From NCBI GenBank assembly GCA_002869065.1, contig PKTR01000001.1, positions 83,118-115,117 on the forward strand: a stretch of 32,000 nucleotides of DNA, written 5' to 3'. The notes under the pieces are model-generated. The model searched no databases, had not been told where the DNA came from, and was given only the letters and a program-made list of their open reading frames with translations. Made by a program: the position numbers and the translations under genes. Below are positions 16,787-25,617 of the stretch, piece after piece. The DNA comes from Hyphomicrobiales bacterium (GTDB lineage Bacteria > Pseudomonadota > Alphaproteobacteria > Rhizobiales > Rhodobiaceae). Position 1 is the stretch's first letter, and each line of letters opens with the position of its first letter.

Positions 16787-17002
16787 ATGGCTTTCGGCCT
16801 TGGCGTTGCGCGGCTTTCGCCGACAGCCTTCTGGGCCTTGTCCGTGCCCGAGCTGGTCGCGATGACCGGTGCGGGGCCGCGCTCCGCTTTGCCTCCCGAC
16901 CGCGCTGATCTCGCGCGCCTGATGGCCAGCTTCCCCGACAGGGGACAGGCCTCCCGCATGGATCCTTTCGAAGGAGAAAATCACCATGGCCGAAGACCTT
17001 GA
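16787..17002 (+). CDS. rcc01693-family protein (GTA g10.1). The first canonical start is given, but conservation appears to extend upstream to about 16766.
   Basis: (FPWRDV)MAFGLGVARLSPTAFWALSVPELVAM matches the family motif. No ATG, GTG or TTG occurs in this frame between the stop at 16637-16639 and 16787. Confidence 0.75.
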   Translation: MAFGLGVARLSPTAFWALSVPELVAMTGAGPRSALPPDRADLARLMASFPDRGQASRMDPFEGENHHGRRP

Positions 17003-17609
17003 CCGCGAAAGTCTCGATGATCTCGAACGTGCCGCCGATACTCTTCGCGCGACGCTGGCCGATCTGCAGAGCCAGTCGCGCGGTTTCGCGACCGATATCA
17101 CCGGCGGGCTCAAAAGCGCGGTACTGGAGGCCAAACGCCTGGATACCGCGTTCAAGGATATCGCCCTGTCGATGTCCGGCCGGCTTCTCGACAGCGCGCT
17201 GAAGCCGCTGGAGGACTCGCTCACCAAGTTGTTCGAGGTGTTGTTCTCGGGCCTGACGGGGGCGTCTTCGGGTTCGCTCGGCAGCGGTCTGGGCGGCTCG
17301 CTGCTCGGTTCGCTCGTGCCCTCGATCAGTGGGCTCTTCGGCTTTGCCAAGGGCGGCGTCGTGTCGTCGCCGGTCGCCTTTCCCTTCGGTCAGAATGCAA
17401 TCGGCATGGCGGGTGAAGCGGGCGCGGAAGCGATCCTGCCGCTGGCGCGCGGCGCCGACGGACGCCTCGGCGTGCGCGGTCCGGGCAGCGGCGCGGTCAA
17501 CGTGACTTTCAATGTGACGGCAAGCGATGCGGAGAGTTTCCGGCGATCGGAAACACAGGTCACAACGATGTTAGCCCGCGCCGTCGGACGGGGACGACGC
17601 GGGCTATGA
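16986..17609 (+). CDS. Short phage tail tape measure protein (GTA g11)
   Basis: AAGGAG SD. FGFAKGGVV....FPFG...IGMAGEAGAEAILPLARGADGRLGV and the ending ARAVGRGRRGL are typical GTA TMP features. Confidence 0.85.
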   Translation: MAEDLDRESLDDLERAADTLRATLADLQSQSRGFATDITGGLKSAVLEAKRLDTAFKDIALSMSGRLLDSALKPLEDSLTKLFEVLFSGLTGASSGSLGSGLGGSLLGSLVPSISGLFGFAKGGVVSSPVAFPFGQNAIGMAGEAGAEAILPLARGADGRLGVRGPGSGAVNVTFNVTASDAESFRRSETQVTTMLARAVGRGRRGL

Positions 17610-17822
17610 CACCGGGCCTGACGAGGAGGGGCTCAGACGCCGGCGTATCGAAGCAGCCAAAGCCGCACCGATCAGGGACGGCTACGGAGACCCTCATCGA
17701 CCTCACTCAGGTCGCAGGCGGCAACTGAGCCGCATCCCCATCAGCTTTGGCGGTCATGCTGTTCGTAACGCAACTGATGCGCCTTGAGGCAGATCAAAAT
17801 AACATTCAGGAGTCTGAATTTC

Positions 17823-18473
17823 ATGTCGGAAACGGCGTCCTTCCATGAGGTGCGCTTCCCCGTCGACGTCGCTTTCGGCTCGATCGGTGGCCCCGAACGG
17901 GTCACCGAGATCGTCGAACTGGCGTCCGGCGTGGAAAAGCGCAACAGCCGATGGGCCGATTCGAGGCGTCGCTATGATGCCGGTTACGGCATTCGCACCC
18001 TCGACGATCTCTACGAGGTCATAGCCTTCTTCGAGCAGCGGCGAGGGCGGTTGCATGGCTTCCGTTTCCGCGATCCGCTCGACTGGAAATCATGCAAGCC
18101 GAGCCTCGACCCCTCACCGCTCGATCAGGTGATCGCCACCGGCGACGGATCGACCTGGGACTTCCAGCTGACCAAGGCCTATGGCGGCGGCGGCTCACGT
18201 TACACCCGCCCGATTACCAAGCCCGTGGCCGGCACGGTCGTTGTCGCGGTGGCGGGCAATATCCGTGAGGAAGGCACCGACTTCACCGTCGATACGGCGA
18301 CCGGGATCATCACCTTCCTTGCTGGCAGCCGTCCGGCGGATGGCACAACCATCACCGCCGGTTACGAATTCGACGTCCCGGTGCGCTTCGACATCGACCG
18401 TCTGCAGATCAACCTCGCCGCCTTCCAGGCCGGTAATCTTCCGGCTGTCCCGATGGTCGAGGTGCGGCTGTGA
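17823..18473 (+). CDS. DUF2460 protein (GTA g12, distal tail protein-like)
   Basis: Start trimmed to ATG 17823 after an AGGAG. FHEVRFPVDVAFGSIGGPERVTEIVELASGVEKRNSRW. Confidence 0.9.
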   Translation: MSETASFHEVRFPVDVAFGSIGGPERVTEIVELASGVEKRNSRWADSRRRYDAGYGIRTLDDLYEVIAFFEQRRGRLHGFRFRDPLDWKSCKPSLDPSPLDQVIATGDGSTWDFQLTKAYGGGGSRYTRPITKPVAGTVVVAVAGNIREEGTDFTVDTATGIITFLAGSRPADGTTITAGYEFDVPVRFDIDRLQINLAAFQAGNLPAVPMVEVRL

Positions 18474-19354
18474 GGACGGTTTCGCAGGCTCTCGGCGAGC
18501 ATCTTTCCCGCGAGGCGACGACGCTTTGCCGCTGCTGGCGGATCGTGCGCACCGACGGCGCCGAATACGGTTTCACCGATCACGACCGCGAACTCGGCTT
18601 TGCCGACATCGCCTTTTCCCCCGCGGTCGGGCTCAGTGCCAGCGAGACGACGGCCGGGTCCGGCCTTGCCGTCGGCGGTCACGAGGTCGCTGGCGCCTTC
18701 GCCTTGAACGGGTTTTCCGACGCCGACCTGAAGGCCGGGCTGTGGGACAACGCCGAGGTCACCGTCTGGCTGGTCAACTGGAACATGGTCAGCGAGCGGC
18801 TGGTGATCGGACGCGGCAATCTTGGCGAGATCACGCAGGAAGACGACGCCTTTCGCGCCGAGATCCGCAGCCTGTCGCATCAGCTCGATCAGCCGCGCGG
18901 CCGGCTATTTTCGCGCCATTGCGACGCGACGCTCGGCGATGCCCGATGTGGCGTCGATAACGACGACAGCGCCTATATGACCGACGGCGCCGTGACCGGC
19001 GGCGACGGCCGCCGGCGCATCACCGTCAGCGGTCTCGCCGGCTTTGAAGACGGTTGGTTCTCGCGCGGCCTTCTCGAATGGACGACGGGCGCAAATGCCG
19101 GTGCCCGCGCCGAGATCAAGGCGCACACGCGCGCCGCGACCATCACGCTTTCGCTGTGGCAGGCAACGGCCGAGCCGATCGAAGCGGGCGACGCATTCAT
19201 CGTCCGGGCCGGCTGCGACAAGTGCTTCGAAACCTGCATTGCGAAATTCGCCAATACCGAGAATTTCCGCGGCTTCCCGCACATGCCGGGCAACGACTTC
19301 GTGCTCTCCTATCCCGAAATCGGCGAGGACAGCGACGGCGAGGCTCTGCTGTGA
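18470..19354 (+). CDS. DUF2163 / BR0599-family protein (GTA g13, hub-like)
   Basis: GTGA overlap with g12. TTLCRCWRIVRTDG..YGFTDHDR...F. C-terminal Cys cluster CD.TLGDARCGV...GCDK.F.TC..KF.N..NFRGFPHMPG. Confidence 0.9.
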   Translation: MRTVSQALGEHLSREATTLCRCWRIVRTDGAEYGFTDHDRELGFADIAFSPAVGLSASETTAGSGLAVGGHEVAGAFALNGFSDADLKAGLWDNAEVTVWLVNWNMVSERLVIGRGNLGEITQEDDAFRAEIRSLSHQLDQPRGRLFSRHCDATLGDARCGVDNDDSAYMTDGAVTGGDGRRRITVSGLAGFEDGWFSRGLLEWTTGANAGARAEIKAHTRAATITLSLWQATAEPIEAGDAFIVRAGCDKCFETCIAKFANTENFRGFPHMPGNDFVLSYPEIGEDSDGEALL

Positions 19355-19791
19355 GCGCGCTCTCCAGCGAACGGATCGTTGCCGAAGCGAGAAGCTGGAT
19401 CGGCACGCCATACCGGCACCAGGCCTCACTCAAGGGTGTCGGTTGTGATTGTCTCGGACTGGTGCGCGGCGTGTGGCGTGGTCTGCTTGGTCCCGAACCG
19501 GAAAAGGCGCCGTCCTACAGCGCCGACTGGGCCGAGGCCGCCGGACGCGATCAGCTTCTCGAAGCCGCTCGGCGCCATCTGGTCGAGATTCCGGTTGAAG
19601 ACCTCGGCCCGGGCTCGGTCGTTCTGTTTCGCTGGCGGCAGCATCTGCCGGCAAAGCACGCGGCAATCGTCGCCACCCCGACCACCATCGTCCACGCCTA
19701 TGAAGCCGCTGCCGTCGCCGAAACCCACCTCGGCGAGTGGTGGCAACGGCATCTCTTTCACGCATTCCGTTTTCCCGGAGCAATCGACTGA
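19351..19791 (+). CDS. NlpC/P60 family cell-wall peptidase (GTA g14)
   Basis: GTG 19351 overlaps the g13 stop. EARSWIGTPYRHQASLKGVGCDCLGLVRGVW ... HAAIV. The ORF-track N-terminal extension (19054-19350) overlaps g13 and was discarded. Confidence 0.9.
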   Translation: MSALSSERIVAEARSWIGTPYRHQASLKGVGCDCLGLVRGVWRGLLGPEPEKAPSYSADWAEAAGRDQLLEAARRHLVEIPVEDLGPGSVVLFRWRQHLPAKHAAIVATPTTIVHAYEAAAVAETHLGEWWQRHLFHAFRFPGAID

Positions 19792-22700
19792 TGGCCACAC
19801 TCGTTCTTCAGGTCGCCGGCCAGGCGCTCGGCGCCTCGATTGCCGGCAGCTTCGGCGGCATGCTCGGCCGCGCCGCCGGGGCGCTCGCCGGCTACGCGGT
19901 CGACCGTGCGCTGTTCACCGCCGATCAGGTCACCGAGGGACCGCGCCTCGACGATCTCTCCGTCCAGACGTCGACGGAAGGCTCGCCGATCCCGCGCATC
20001 TACGGCCGCACCCGCATCGCCGGTCAGGTGATCTGGGCGACCGACTACGAGGAGGTCGTCAATGAGGAAGAACAGGGCGGCAAGGGGGGCGGCGCGACCG
20101 TCCGCACCTACGAGTACTACGCCAACTTCGCCGTCGCGCTTTGCGAGGGGCCGATTACCCGCATCGGCCGCATCTGGGCCGACGGCAAGCCGCTCGACCA
20201 AAGCCTCTACACCTATCGGGTCTATCGCGGCACCGAGACGCAAGAGGCCGACGCGCTGATCGCCGCCAAGCAGGAAACCGACGATGTCCCTACCTATCGC
20301 GGTACGGTCTATGTCGTGTTCGAGCGTATGGCGCTGGAGGCCTTTGGCAATCGCATCCCGCAGCTCACCTTCGAGGTCGCACGGAGGCTCGACCAGCTGG
20401 AACCGATGATCCGGGCTGTCACCGTCATCCCCGGCAGCACCGAGTTCGGCTATCTCGACCGGCTGGTTACCCGCGTCGACTGGGACGAGTCCACCGTCGC
20501 CGACAATCGCCACACCGGCAGCGCCGACACCGACTGGCTCGCCTCCATCGACGATCTGGTCGCGACATGCCCGAACCTTGAGAGCGTCGCGCTCGTCGTC
20601 GCGTGGTTTGGCAATGATTTGCGCTGCGGCGACTGCGCGATCATGCCCGGCGTCGAGATGCGCGACCGCAACACGGACGGCGCGACCTGGAGCGTCGCCG
20701 GCCTCGGCCGTGAGTCCGCGCATCTCGTTTCCTGGGTCGACGAGCGCCCGGCCTTTGGTGGCTCGCCGTCCGACGAAGCGGTCGTCGCTGCGATCGCCGA
20801 CCTCAAACGGCGCGGGCTGCGCGTCGTCCTCTATCCCTTCATCATGATGGACGTGCCGAAGTCGAACAGCCTGCCGGACCCCTATGGAGGGACGCAGCAG
20901 GCGACCTATCCCTGGCGAGGGCGGATCACCTGCCATGCTGCGCCGGGCGAGACCGGCACGGTCGATCAGACAGCAGTGGCAGCCGCGCAGGTCGCGGCCT
21001 TCGTCGGAAACGCGGCGCCCGGCGACTTCTTCATCAGCGGGGGAGGGGTGCACTACACCGGTGCGGAATGGTCCTACCGCCGCATGATCCTTCACTACGC
21101 CAACCTCGCGGTGGTCGCCGGCGGCGTCGATGGCTTCCTCATTGGCTCCGAAATGCGTGGCCTCACCACGGTTCGCTCCAACGCATCGACCTATCCCTTT
21201 GTCGACGCGCTCGTCGATCTCGCCGCAGACGTCAAATCAGTGCTCGGGGCGGGGAGCAAGGTCACTTATGCCGCAGACTGGTCGGAGTATTTCGGCCACC
21301 AACCGGGCGACGGCAGCGGCGACGTCTATTTCCACCTCGACCCGCTCTGGGCGAGCTCGGGTATCGACGCCGTCGGCATCGACAATTACATGCCGCTCGC
21401 CGACTGGCGCGACGGCGACCATGCCGACACCGCGATCGCCCCCTCGGTCTACGACCTCGACTATCTGCGCGGCAACGTCGCCGCTGGCGAGGGGTTCGAC
21501 TGGTATTACGCAAGTTCGTCCGACCGCGAACTCGGTATCCGCACGGCGGTCACCGATGGCGCATACGGCAAGCCCTGGGTCTTTCGCTACAAGGACCTCA
21601 AGGCCTGGTGGGGCGAGCCGCATTACGATCGTCCGGGCGGCGTCGAGTCCGCGACGAAGACCGCCTGGGTGCCGCAATCGAAACCGATCTGGTTCACCGA
21701 GATCGGCTGCCCCGCCGTCGACCGCGGCGCCAACCAACCGAACGTCTTCTACGATCCCAAATCCTCGGAGTCCTTCTTTCCCTATTTCTCGAGCGGTGTG
21801 CGCGACGACTTCATGCAGCGCCGGTTTCTCGAGGCGGTGCTGAGTTACTGGGATCACGATCACGAGGCCTTCACTGCCGGCGCCAACCCGCTCTCCTCGG
21901 TCTATGGCGGCCGCATGGTCGATCTCGACAATACCTTTTTGTGGACCTGGGACGCACGGCCCTATCCGGCGTTTCCAACGCTCACCGACGTGTGGTCCGA
22001 CGGCACCAACTGGCAATACGGCCACTGGCTCACAGGGCGTCTCGGTGGATTGTCCCTTGAGGCGCTCATCAAGGCCCTGCTCGACTACTACGACGTGTCG
22101 GGGGCTGACATCGGCCGCATCGAGGGCGTCATCGACGGCTACGTGCTTGACCGGCCGGTTTCGGCACGCGCGGCGATCGATCCGCTCGCCGAAGCCTTCC
22201 GCTTCACCGCTGTCGACACCGGTACGCGGATGCGCTTCGAGGGGAGGGTGAAGGCAACCGAAGCGGTAATCGAAGACGCCGATATCGCTGTCGCCGACAA
22301 GGATGCCGCGCGCATCAGTGTCACCCGCGCCCAGGAAACCGAATTGCCGCAGGAAGTGCGGATCGGCTTCCTCGACAGCGGCCGTGACTACGAGCACGCA
22401 ACAGCCGGAACGCGCCATCTGCTCGGGTCGAGCGCACGCTTTTCCTCGACCGAGATGGCGCTGGTCGCGCCGATGGCGACCGCGCAGGCCGCGACCGAGG
22501 TCCAGCTTCACGATATCTGGGCAAGTCGCGAACGCTTCACCTTTTCGATCTCGCCGGAACGCGCCGAGATCGAGGTCGGCGACCTCGTTGAACTGAATGC
22601 CGGCGGGCGCGATCAGGCCGTGCTTGTCGAACGCATAGAAGATGCCGGATTGCGGCGCATCGAGGCCCGCTCGATCGATCCCGATGCGTTCCGCCCGACG

Positions 22701-23684
22701 GGGTCGAGCGATGACACCCGCGCCACCAGACCGGTTACGGTCTTCGGCAAGCCCGTGGCGGTTTTCCTCGATCTTCCGAGATTGAACGACGACGACAATG
22801 CGCGCGCCCCCTATCTCGCGGTTCACGCGCGACCCTGGTATGGCACGGCCGCGGTCTGGCGTTCCGAAACGGGCGACAGTTTCCGCCTGCACGACAGTGT
22901 TTCGCGGCGCGCCGTCATCGGCGAGACGCTGACCGCGCTGCAGCCCGGTCCGGTCGGGGTGTGGGATCGCCGCAATACGCTTTCGGTACGCCTCTACAAT
23001 GCAGGCTTTTCGTCGCGCGAGGAGATCCGCGTTCTCAACGGCGCCAACGCGATTGCCGTGGAGACGACGGACGGCGGGTGGGAAGTCCTGCAATTCGTCA
23101 ATGCCGAACTCACCGCGTCGCGAACCTACACGCTGTCGCGACTGTTGCGCGCGCAACTCGGGACCGAGGATGCGATGGCCGCCGGCAGCGCTGTGGGCGC
23201 CCGCGTGGTCCTGCTCAACGACGCGTTGGTCAATCTCTCGATCCGCCGAAGCGAGATCGGTCTCCCGTTGATCTATCGCGTTGGTCCGGGCCGGCGAAAC
23301 GTCGCGGACCAGGCCTTCCGTGAAATCAGCTTTACTGCCGGCGGTCGGGGCTTGCGCCCTTACAGTCCGGTTCATATCCGCGCGCGACGCGACGCAGCAT
23401 CCGGCGATCTGGCCCTGAGCTGGATCCGGCGGACGCGCACCGACGGGGATTCCTGGGAAGGCCGCGATGTGCCGCTCGGTGAAAGCGAGCAGCTCTATCA
23501 GGTCGAGATTCTCGATGGCGGCACAATTGTCCGCAGTGTCGAGACCGATACCCCACGAGCCACCTACAGCGCCGCGCAGCAGATCGCAGATTTCGGCGTC
23601 CTTCCGTCAACGATCACGCTCCGTGTCGCGCAACTCAACGACTTCGGCGCCGGCATTCCTCGCGAGGTAACACTCAATGTCTGA
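19791..23684 (+). CDS. GTA g15 host-specificity / multidomain baseplate protein (~1297 aa)
   Basis: The start overlaps the g14 stop in TGATG. MATLVLQVAGQALG..., EGPRLDDLSVQTSTEGSPIPRIYGRTRIAGQVIWATD, YYANFAVALCEGPI, and a central glycoside-hydrolase-like region. Size and position are typical. Confidence 0.95.
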   Translation: MATLVLQVAGQALGASIAGSFGGMLGRAAGALAGYAVDRALFTADQVTEGPRLDDLSVQTSTEGSPIPRIYGRTRIAGQVIWATDYEEVVNEEEQGGKGGGATVRTYEYYANFAVALCEGPITRIGRIWADGKPLDQSLYTYRVYRGTETQEADALIAAKQETDDVPTYRGTVYVVFERMALEAFGNRIPQLTFEVARRLDQLEPMIRAVTVIPGSTEFGYLDRLVTRVDWDESTVADNRHTGSADTDWLASIDDLVATCPNLESVALVVAWFGNDLRCGDCAIMPGVEMRDRNTDGATWSVAGLGRESAHLVSWVDERPAFGGSPSDEAVVAAIADLKRRGLRVVLYPFIMMDVPKSNSLPDPYGGTQQATYPWRGRITCHAAPGETGTVDQTAVAAAQVAAFVGNAAPGDFFISGGGVHYTGAEWSYRRMILHYANLAVVAGGVDGFLIGSEMRGLTTVRSNASTYPFVDALVDLAADVKSVLGAGSKVTYAADWSEYFGHQPGDGSGDVYFHLDPLWASSGIDAVGIDNYMPLADWRDGDHADTAIAPSVYDLDYLRGNVAAGEGFDWYYASSSDRELGIRTAVTDGAYGKPWVFRYKDLKAWWGEPHYDRPGGVESATKTAWVPQSKPIWFTEIGCPAVDRGANQPNVFYDPKSSESFFPYFSSGVRDDFMQRRFLEAVLSYWDHDHEAFTAGANPLSSVYGGRMVDLDNTFLWTWDARPYPAFPTLTDVWSDGTNWQYGHWLTGRLGGLSLEALIKALLDYYDVSGADIGRIEGVIDGYVLDRPVSARAAIDPLAEAFRFTAVDTGTRMRFEGRVKATEAVIEDADIAVADKDAARISVTRAQETELPQEVRIGFLDSGRDYEHATAGTRHLLGSSARFSSTEMALVAPMATAQAATEVQLHDIWASRERFTFSISPERAEIEVGDLVELNAGGRDQAVLVERIEDAGLRRIEARSIDPDAFRPTGSSDDTRATRPVTVFGKPVAVFLDLPRLNDDDNARAPYLAVHARPWYGTAAVWRSETGDSFRLHDSVSRRAVIGETLTALQPGPVGVWDRRNTLSVRLYNAGFSSREEIRVLNGANAIAVETTDGGWEVLQFVNAELTASRTYTLSRLLRAQLGTEDAMAAGSAVGARVVLLNDALVNLSIRRSEIGLPLIYRVGPGRRNVADQAFREISFTAGGRGLRPYSPVHIRARRDAASGDLALSWIRRTRTDGDSWEGRDVPLGESEQLYQVEILDGGTIVRSVETDTPRATYSAAQQIADFGVLPSTITLRVAQLNDFGAGIPREVTLNV

Positions 23685-25104
23685 CACTACCCACCTGACA
23701 CTCCCCTACATCCTGGCCTCGCAGGCACAGAAGCACGTTACCCATAACGAGGCCTTGCTGCTTCTCGACGCGTTGGTGCAGCTCTCTGTCGTCGACAAGA
23801 ACCGCACCGAACCGCCATCCTCCCCGCAAGAGGGGGATCGCCATATCATTGCCACGTCGGCGACTGGCGACTGGGCCGGGCACGACAATTCCGTCGCCAT
23901 CTACGATGACGGCGTATGGACAATCCGCGCACCCAACCCCGGCTGGTTCGCCTGGGTGGAGGCGGACGGCGAATTTGCCGTATGGCGCGGCGACGCGTGG
24001 ATCGCGGTGGACACCTATGTCCCCGACGATCCGGTCTTCGACAGCCTTGGTGTCAACACCGCGCCGGACGCCACCAACAAGCTCGCGGTGAAATCGAATG
24101 CGGTTCTGTTCGCGCCGGTCGAGGCCGGTGATGGCGGTACGGGCGACGTTCGTTTCGTCGTCGACAAGGAGGCAGCAGGGGACACCGCTTCTCTCCTCTT
24201 CCAGACCGGCTGGTCGGGGAGGGCGGAACTCGGGATTGAAGGCGACGATACGTTCCGTTTGAAAGTGAGCGCCGACGGAACGAGTTGGGTCGAAGCGCTG
24301 GAGGCCGATGCCGCCACCGGCGTCGTGCGCATGGCGGCGGGAGCAGAGGTCGCCGCCATCAATGGCGGGCCGCTCGCCGGTTTCCGAAACTACCTCATCA
24401 ACGGCGATTTCCGCATCAACCAGCGGACCTTTGCCGGCGGCGCTCTGGCGGCCGGCGAATATGGTCACGACCGCTGGAGGGCGTCGGCCGGCGGGGCGTC
24501 TCTTTCGGTTTCCGGGGGCGTGGTAACGCTGACATCGGGCGCAATCGAGCAGGTGATCGAAGCGCCCGGCCTTGCCGGCGCGACAATTACGGTCTCGGTC
24601 GAAAACCCCACGGCCGCCATCGCCGTCGACGTCGATGGCGTGACCGGCACCATCGCGGCCGGTAGCGGCCGTCGCGGCGTGACGCTGACTGTGCCGACCG
24701 GTTCAACGGGCGACGTCACGCTCAAGCTGTCGGTATCTGCGGAAACGATGTTTGCCCGCGCCCAGTTTGAGCGTGGCCCACACGCGACGCCGTTTGAGTG
24801 GCGCCCCGAGGCGATCGAGTGGCCGCTGGTGCAGCGCTACTACGTCCAGGGCCTGCCATTTGGTGAAGCGGGATACGCGGCTGAGGCCGGAGCAACCTAT
24901 TGCGTCCTGACCTCGGTGGTTTACCCCAGTCGCATGCGTGTTGCGCCGGCCATTTCCCTCGACTTGGCCTTTTCGGCGGGTATCGACGGATCGACGCTAG
25001 AGGCCCACGTGATTTACGCGGGGGGCTGTTTCATCCGCGCCGCGGCAACGGCTGCAGGCCGGACGTATGTCCGCGGTGCCATCACAGCAGATGCGGAGTT
25101 GTGA
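23677..25104 (+). CDS. DUF2793 domain protein (tail-fibre/spike-like) with a C-terminal NGDFRINQR...DRW beta-rich domain
   Basis: 8-nt overlap with g15. LTLPYILASQAQKHVTHNEALLLLDALVQLSV is the DUF2793 signature as I recall it. Confidence 0.85.
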   Translation: MSDTTHLTLPYILASQAQKHVTHNEALLLLDALVQLSVVDKNRTEPPSSPQEGDRHIIATSATGDWAGHDNSVAIYDDGVWTIRAPNPGWFAWVEADGEFAVWRGDAWIAVDTYVPDDPVFDSLGVNTAPDATNKLAVKSNAVLFAPVEAGDGGTGDVRFVVDKEAAGDTASLLFQTGWSGRAELGIEGDDTFRLKVSADGTSWVEALEADAATGVVRMAAGAEVAAINGGPLAGFRNYLINGDFRINQRTFAGGALAAGEYGHDRWRASAGGASLSVSGGVVTLTSGAIEQVIEAPGLAGATITVSVENPTAAIAVDVDGVTGTIAAGSGRRGVTLTVPTGSTGDVTLKLSVSAETMFARAQFERGPHATPFEWRPEAIEWPLVQRYYVQGLPFGEAGYAAEAGATYCVLTSVVYPSRMRVAPAISLDLAFSAGIDGSTLEAHVIYAGGCFIRAAATAAGRTYVRGAITADAEL

Positions 25105-25106
25105 GC

Positions 25107-25286
25107 ATGATCATCACGAATGCACAGTATATCGAGTCCGGCGCCGTCGCGCGCGTCGAGATCGATGGTCAGCCGGTTTTCGTTCCCGTCGGATCCGATA
25201 GCGCCGCCGGTCGGGCTCTCGCCGAATGGGTCGCTGCCGGCAATCAAATCGCCGACGCGACACCCGATGAGAGCGGCGACATCTGA
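25107..25286 (+). CDS. Small phage-associated protein (59 aa)
   Basis: GGAG sits 8 nt upstream, and the ORF starts 2 nt after the fibre-gene stop. MIITNAQYIESGAVARVEIDGQPVFVPVGSDSAAGRALAEWVAAGNQI resembles small proteins found after alphaproteobacterial phage fibre genes. Confidence 0.5.
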   Translation: MIITNAQYIESGAVARVEIDGQPVFVPVGSDSAAGRALAEWVAAGNQIADATPDESGDI

Positions 25287-25339
25287 TCCAATCCGCGTCC
25301 GCACCCGTTTTCTCGTCTCACAATTCCGACGTTGATGCC

Positions 25340-25380
25340 TCGGCCGGTCGCTTCAATTCGGCCGGCTTAGCCTTTTCAGC
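25340..25380 (+). terminator. Weak terminator-like element: TCGGCCGG...TCGGCCGG stem followed by CTTAGCCTTTTC
   Basis: Two copies of the palindromic CGGCCG (25341-25346, 25359-25364) can pair. The downstream T-run is short and interrupted. Confidence 0.25.
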
Positions 25381-25410
25381 GCTCATTTCCAAAAGCCACA
25401 GGAGCCTTCC

Positions 25411-25617
25411 ATGAACGCGATCAAACCCTGGTACCGCTCGAAAACCGTCTGGGCTGCCGCCGTCACCATTGCCGCCAGTGTCGCCGGCCTGTTCGGTTTC
25501 ACCGTCAGTGCTGCCGAACAGGCACAGCTCGTCGACGTCGCGCTTGCGGCGACAACGTCCGTGTCCGGCGCGGTCGCCCTGATCGGGCGGGTGACGGCGA
25601 AGTCCCGTATTCGCTGA
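25411..25617 (+). CDS. Holin-like small membrane protein with two predicted TM segments (68 aa)
   Basis: AGGAG SD. WYRSKTVWAAAVTIAASVAGLFGF plus LVDVALAATTSVSGAVALIGRV, with a basic C-terminus KSRIR. The architecture and the N-terminal W.(K/R)SKT.W motif resemble putative phage holins. Confidence 0.5.
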   Translation: MNAIKPWYRSKTVWAAAVTIAASVAGLFGFTVSAAEQAQLVDVALAATTSVSGAVALIGRVTAKSRIR

